Origin: Pseudomonadota bacterium
Lineage (GTDB): Bacteria; Pseudomonadota; Gammaproteobacteria; JAKAQQ01
Length of the DNA stretch: 64,000 nucleotides
Assembly (NCBI GenBank): GCA_021798115.1
Contig: JAJZYM010000002.1
Location: 14,872 to 78,871, forward strand
Direction of reading: 5' to 3'
Shown here in pieces: positions 62,886 to 64,000 of this stretch (position 1 is the stretch's first letter; every line of letters begins with the position of its first letter). Position numbers and translations under genes: made by a program. The notes below the pieces were generated by a model that saw nothing but the letters and a program-made list of their open reading frames with translations, was not told the DNA's origin and did not search any database.

Positions 62886-63952
62886 ACACCCTGGACCGTT
62901 ATCTCGTCCGTCACGTGCTCATCGCGAGTCTCGCGGCGCTGGTCGTCCTCGCGACCGTGTCTGCCGTCTTCACCTTTTTTGCCCAGTTGCACAACGTGGG
63001 CACGTTTCACTACACGATTCGCACCGCGCTCGTCTACAGCGCGAGCGTGCTTCCGCAGTGGGCGTTCAACGCGTTCCCGATCGCCGTGCTTCTGGGTGCG
63101 CTCTTCGGGATCGGCGGGCTCGCGAGCCATCACGAGATCGTCGCCATGCGCGCGGCCGGCCTGTCCTTCGCCCGCCTCGCCGCCGGACTTGCCCTCGGAT
63201 CCCTCCCTCTTCTCGTCCTGGCCGCTCTTCTCGGCCAGTACCTCGCGCCCCCCCTCAAGGTCTACGCTGAGACCGATCGTTCGCTCGCGCTCTACAACGA
63301 GGTGAGCCTCTTCGGACCGAACGGGATCTGGCTGCGAAACGAACACCGCATCGTCAACATCATGCGCGTGGGCCACCACCATGTCATCCAGGGTGTGAGC
63401 GTCTATACCTACGGTCGCGGAGAACGCCTGCGCTCGGCGGGCTACGCGCCCCGCGGTGTCTACCAACACGGCCTTTGGATCCTCGATGCGTACCGCGTCA
63501 CCCGCTGGAAAGACGGAAGAACAATCCGCGTGCCTCCGGCCCGGCGGACCGTCCCGGGGCTTCTCGATCCGGGTCTTTTCAGCGTGCTCGCGGTCAGTCC
63601 GTCCAACCTCTCCGGGACGGGTCTCTGGTCCTACATCCGCTATCTTCACGCCAACGGACTGAACGCCACCCCGTACGAGACGGCGTTTTGGCACAAAATC
63701 GCCTCGGTGTGCACGATTCCGATCATGATCCTTCTCGCCTTGTTTTTTTCGGCCGGACCCATCCGTTCACCGCGCACCGGACAGCGTCTTTTCCTCGGCA
63801 TCCTGATCGGTGGACTCTACAAGGCCTTCGACGCCACGTTTCTGCACGCCGGAGCCGTCTTTGGGATTCCCCCGGTGGTCGTGGCTTTCCTTCCGGTGAT
63901 GGGGCTTCTGGCCCTGGCTCTTGTCCTCCTCTGGCGGGTGGGTCGCGTCTGA
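62882..63952 (+). CDS. lptG: LPS export ABC permease LptG
   Basis: MNTLDRY, LASHHEIVAMRAAG, GIWLR, YL..NGL; ATGA overlap with lptF. Confidence 0.93.
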   Translation: MNTLDRYLVRHVLIASLAALVVLATVSAVFTFFAQLHNVGTFHYTIRTALVYSASVLPQWAFNAFPIAVLLGALFGIGGLASHHEIVAMRAAGLSFARLAAGLALGSLPLLVLAALLGQYLAPPLKVYAETDRSLALYNEVSLFGPNGIWLRNEHRIVNIMRVGHHHVIQGVSVYTYGRGERLRSAGYAPRGVYQHGLWILDAYRVTRWKDGRTIRVPPARRTVPGLLDPGLFSVLAVSPSNLSGTGLWSYIRYLHANGLNATPYETAFWHKIASVCTIPIMILLALFFSAGPIRSPRTGQRLFLGILIGGLYKAFDATFLHAGAVFGIPPVVVAFLPVMGLLALALVLLWRVGRV

Positions 63953-64000
63953 GTCCGGGACGCTTCGGCGATCCTCTGTATACTTGGCGTGAGGTTCTGC

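Overview
High-GC (roughly two-thirds G+C by eye) Gammaproteobacteria-like chromosomal segment, probably from an acidophile (an inference from very basic periplasmic domains and mbfA). The backbone is housekeeping: cdsA-rseP-bamA-skp-lpxD-fabZ-lpxA-lpxB-rnhB-dnaE-accA-tilS, infA, hemN-puuD-like-aspC/uvrB-tRNA-Val, thrS-infC-rpmI-rplT-pheS-pheT-ihfA-merR-tRNA-Pro, and valS-holC-pepA/lptF-lptG. Three accessory zones interrupt it. (1) About 15.2-25.3 kb: dinB coupled to a Ser/Thr dehydratase, an AT-rich patch carrying a XerCD dif-like site plus a second inverted degenerate copy, an RND-MFP-TolC operon, and a large Thr/Ser/Gly-rich lipoprotein with an ECF-like promoter. (2) A lower-GC island after tRNA-Val(GAC): an IHF site, ISL3 and IS5 relics, and a glycan-tailoring cassette (Wzx, sulfotransferase, beta-propeller GH-like, GNAT/FemAB-like). 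(3) A decayed island after tRNA-Pro(GGG): hsdM, hsdS and hsdR are reduced to fragments while two Fic genes between them stay intact, followed by DUF5946-like, TauE, a secreted prolyl oligopeptidase, a fused double Sel1-repeat gene, a duplicated peptidase fragment and a truncated IS3-family element. No CRISPR, rRNA, integrase or reverse transcriptase was seen. All family assignments come from recalled motifs, not database searches.
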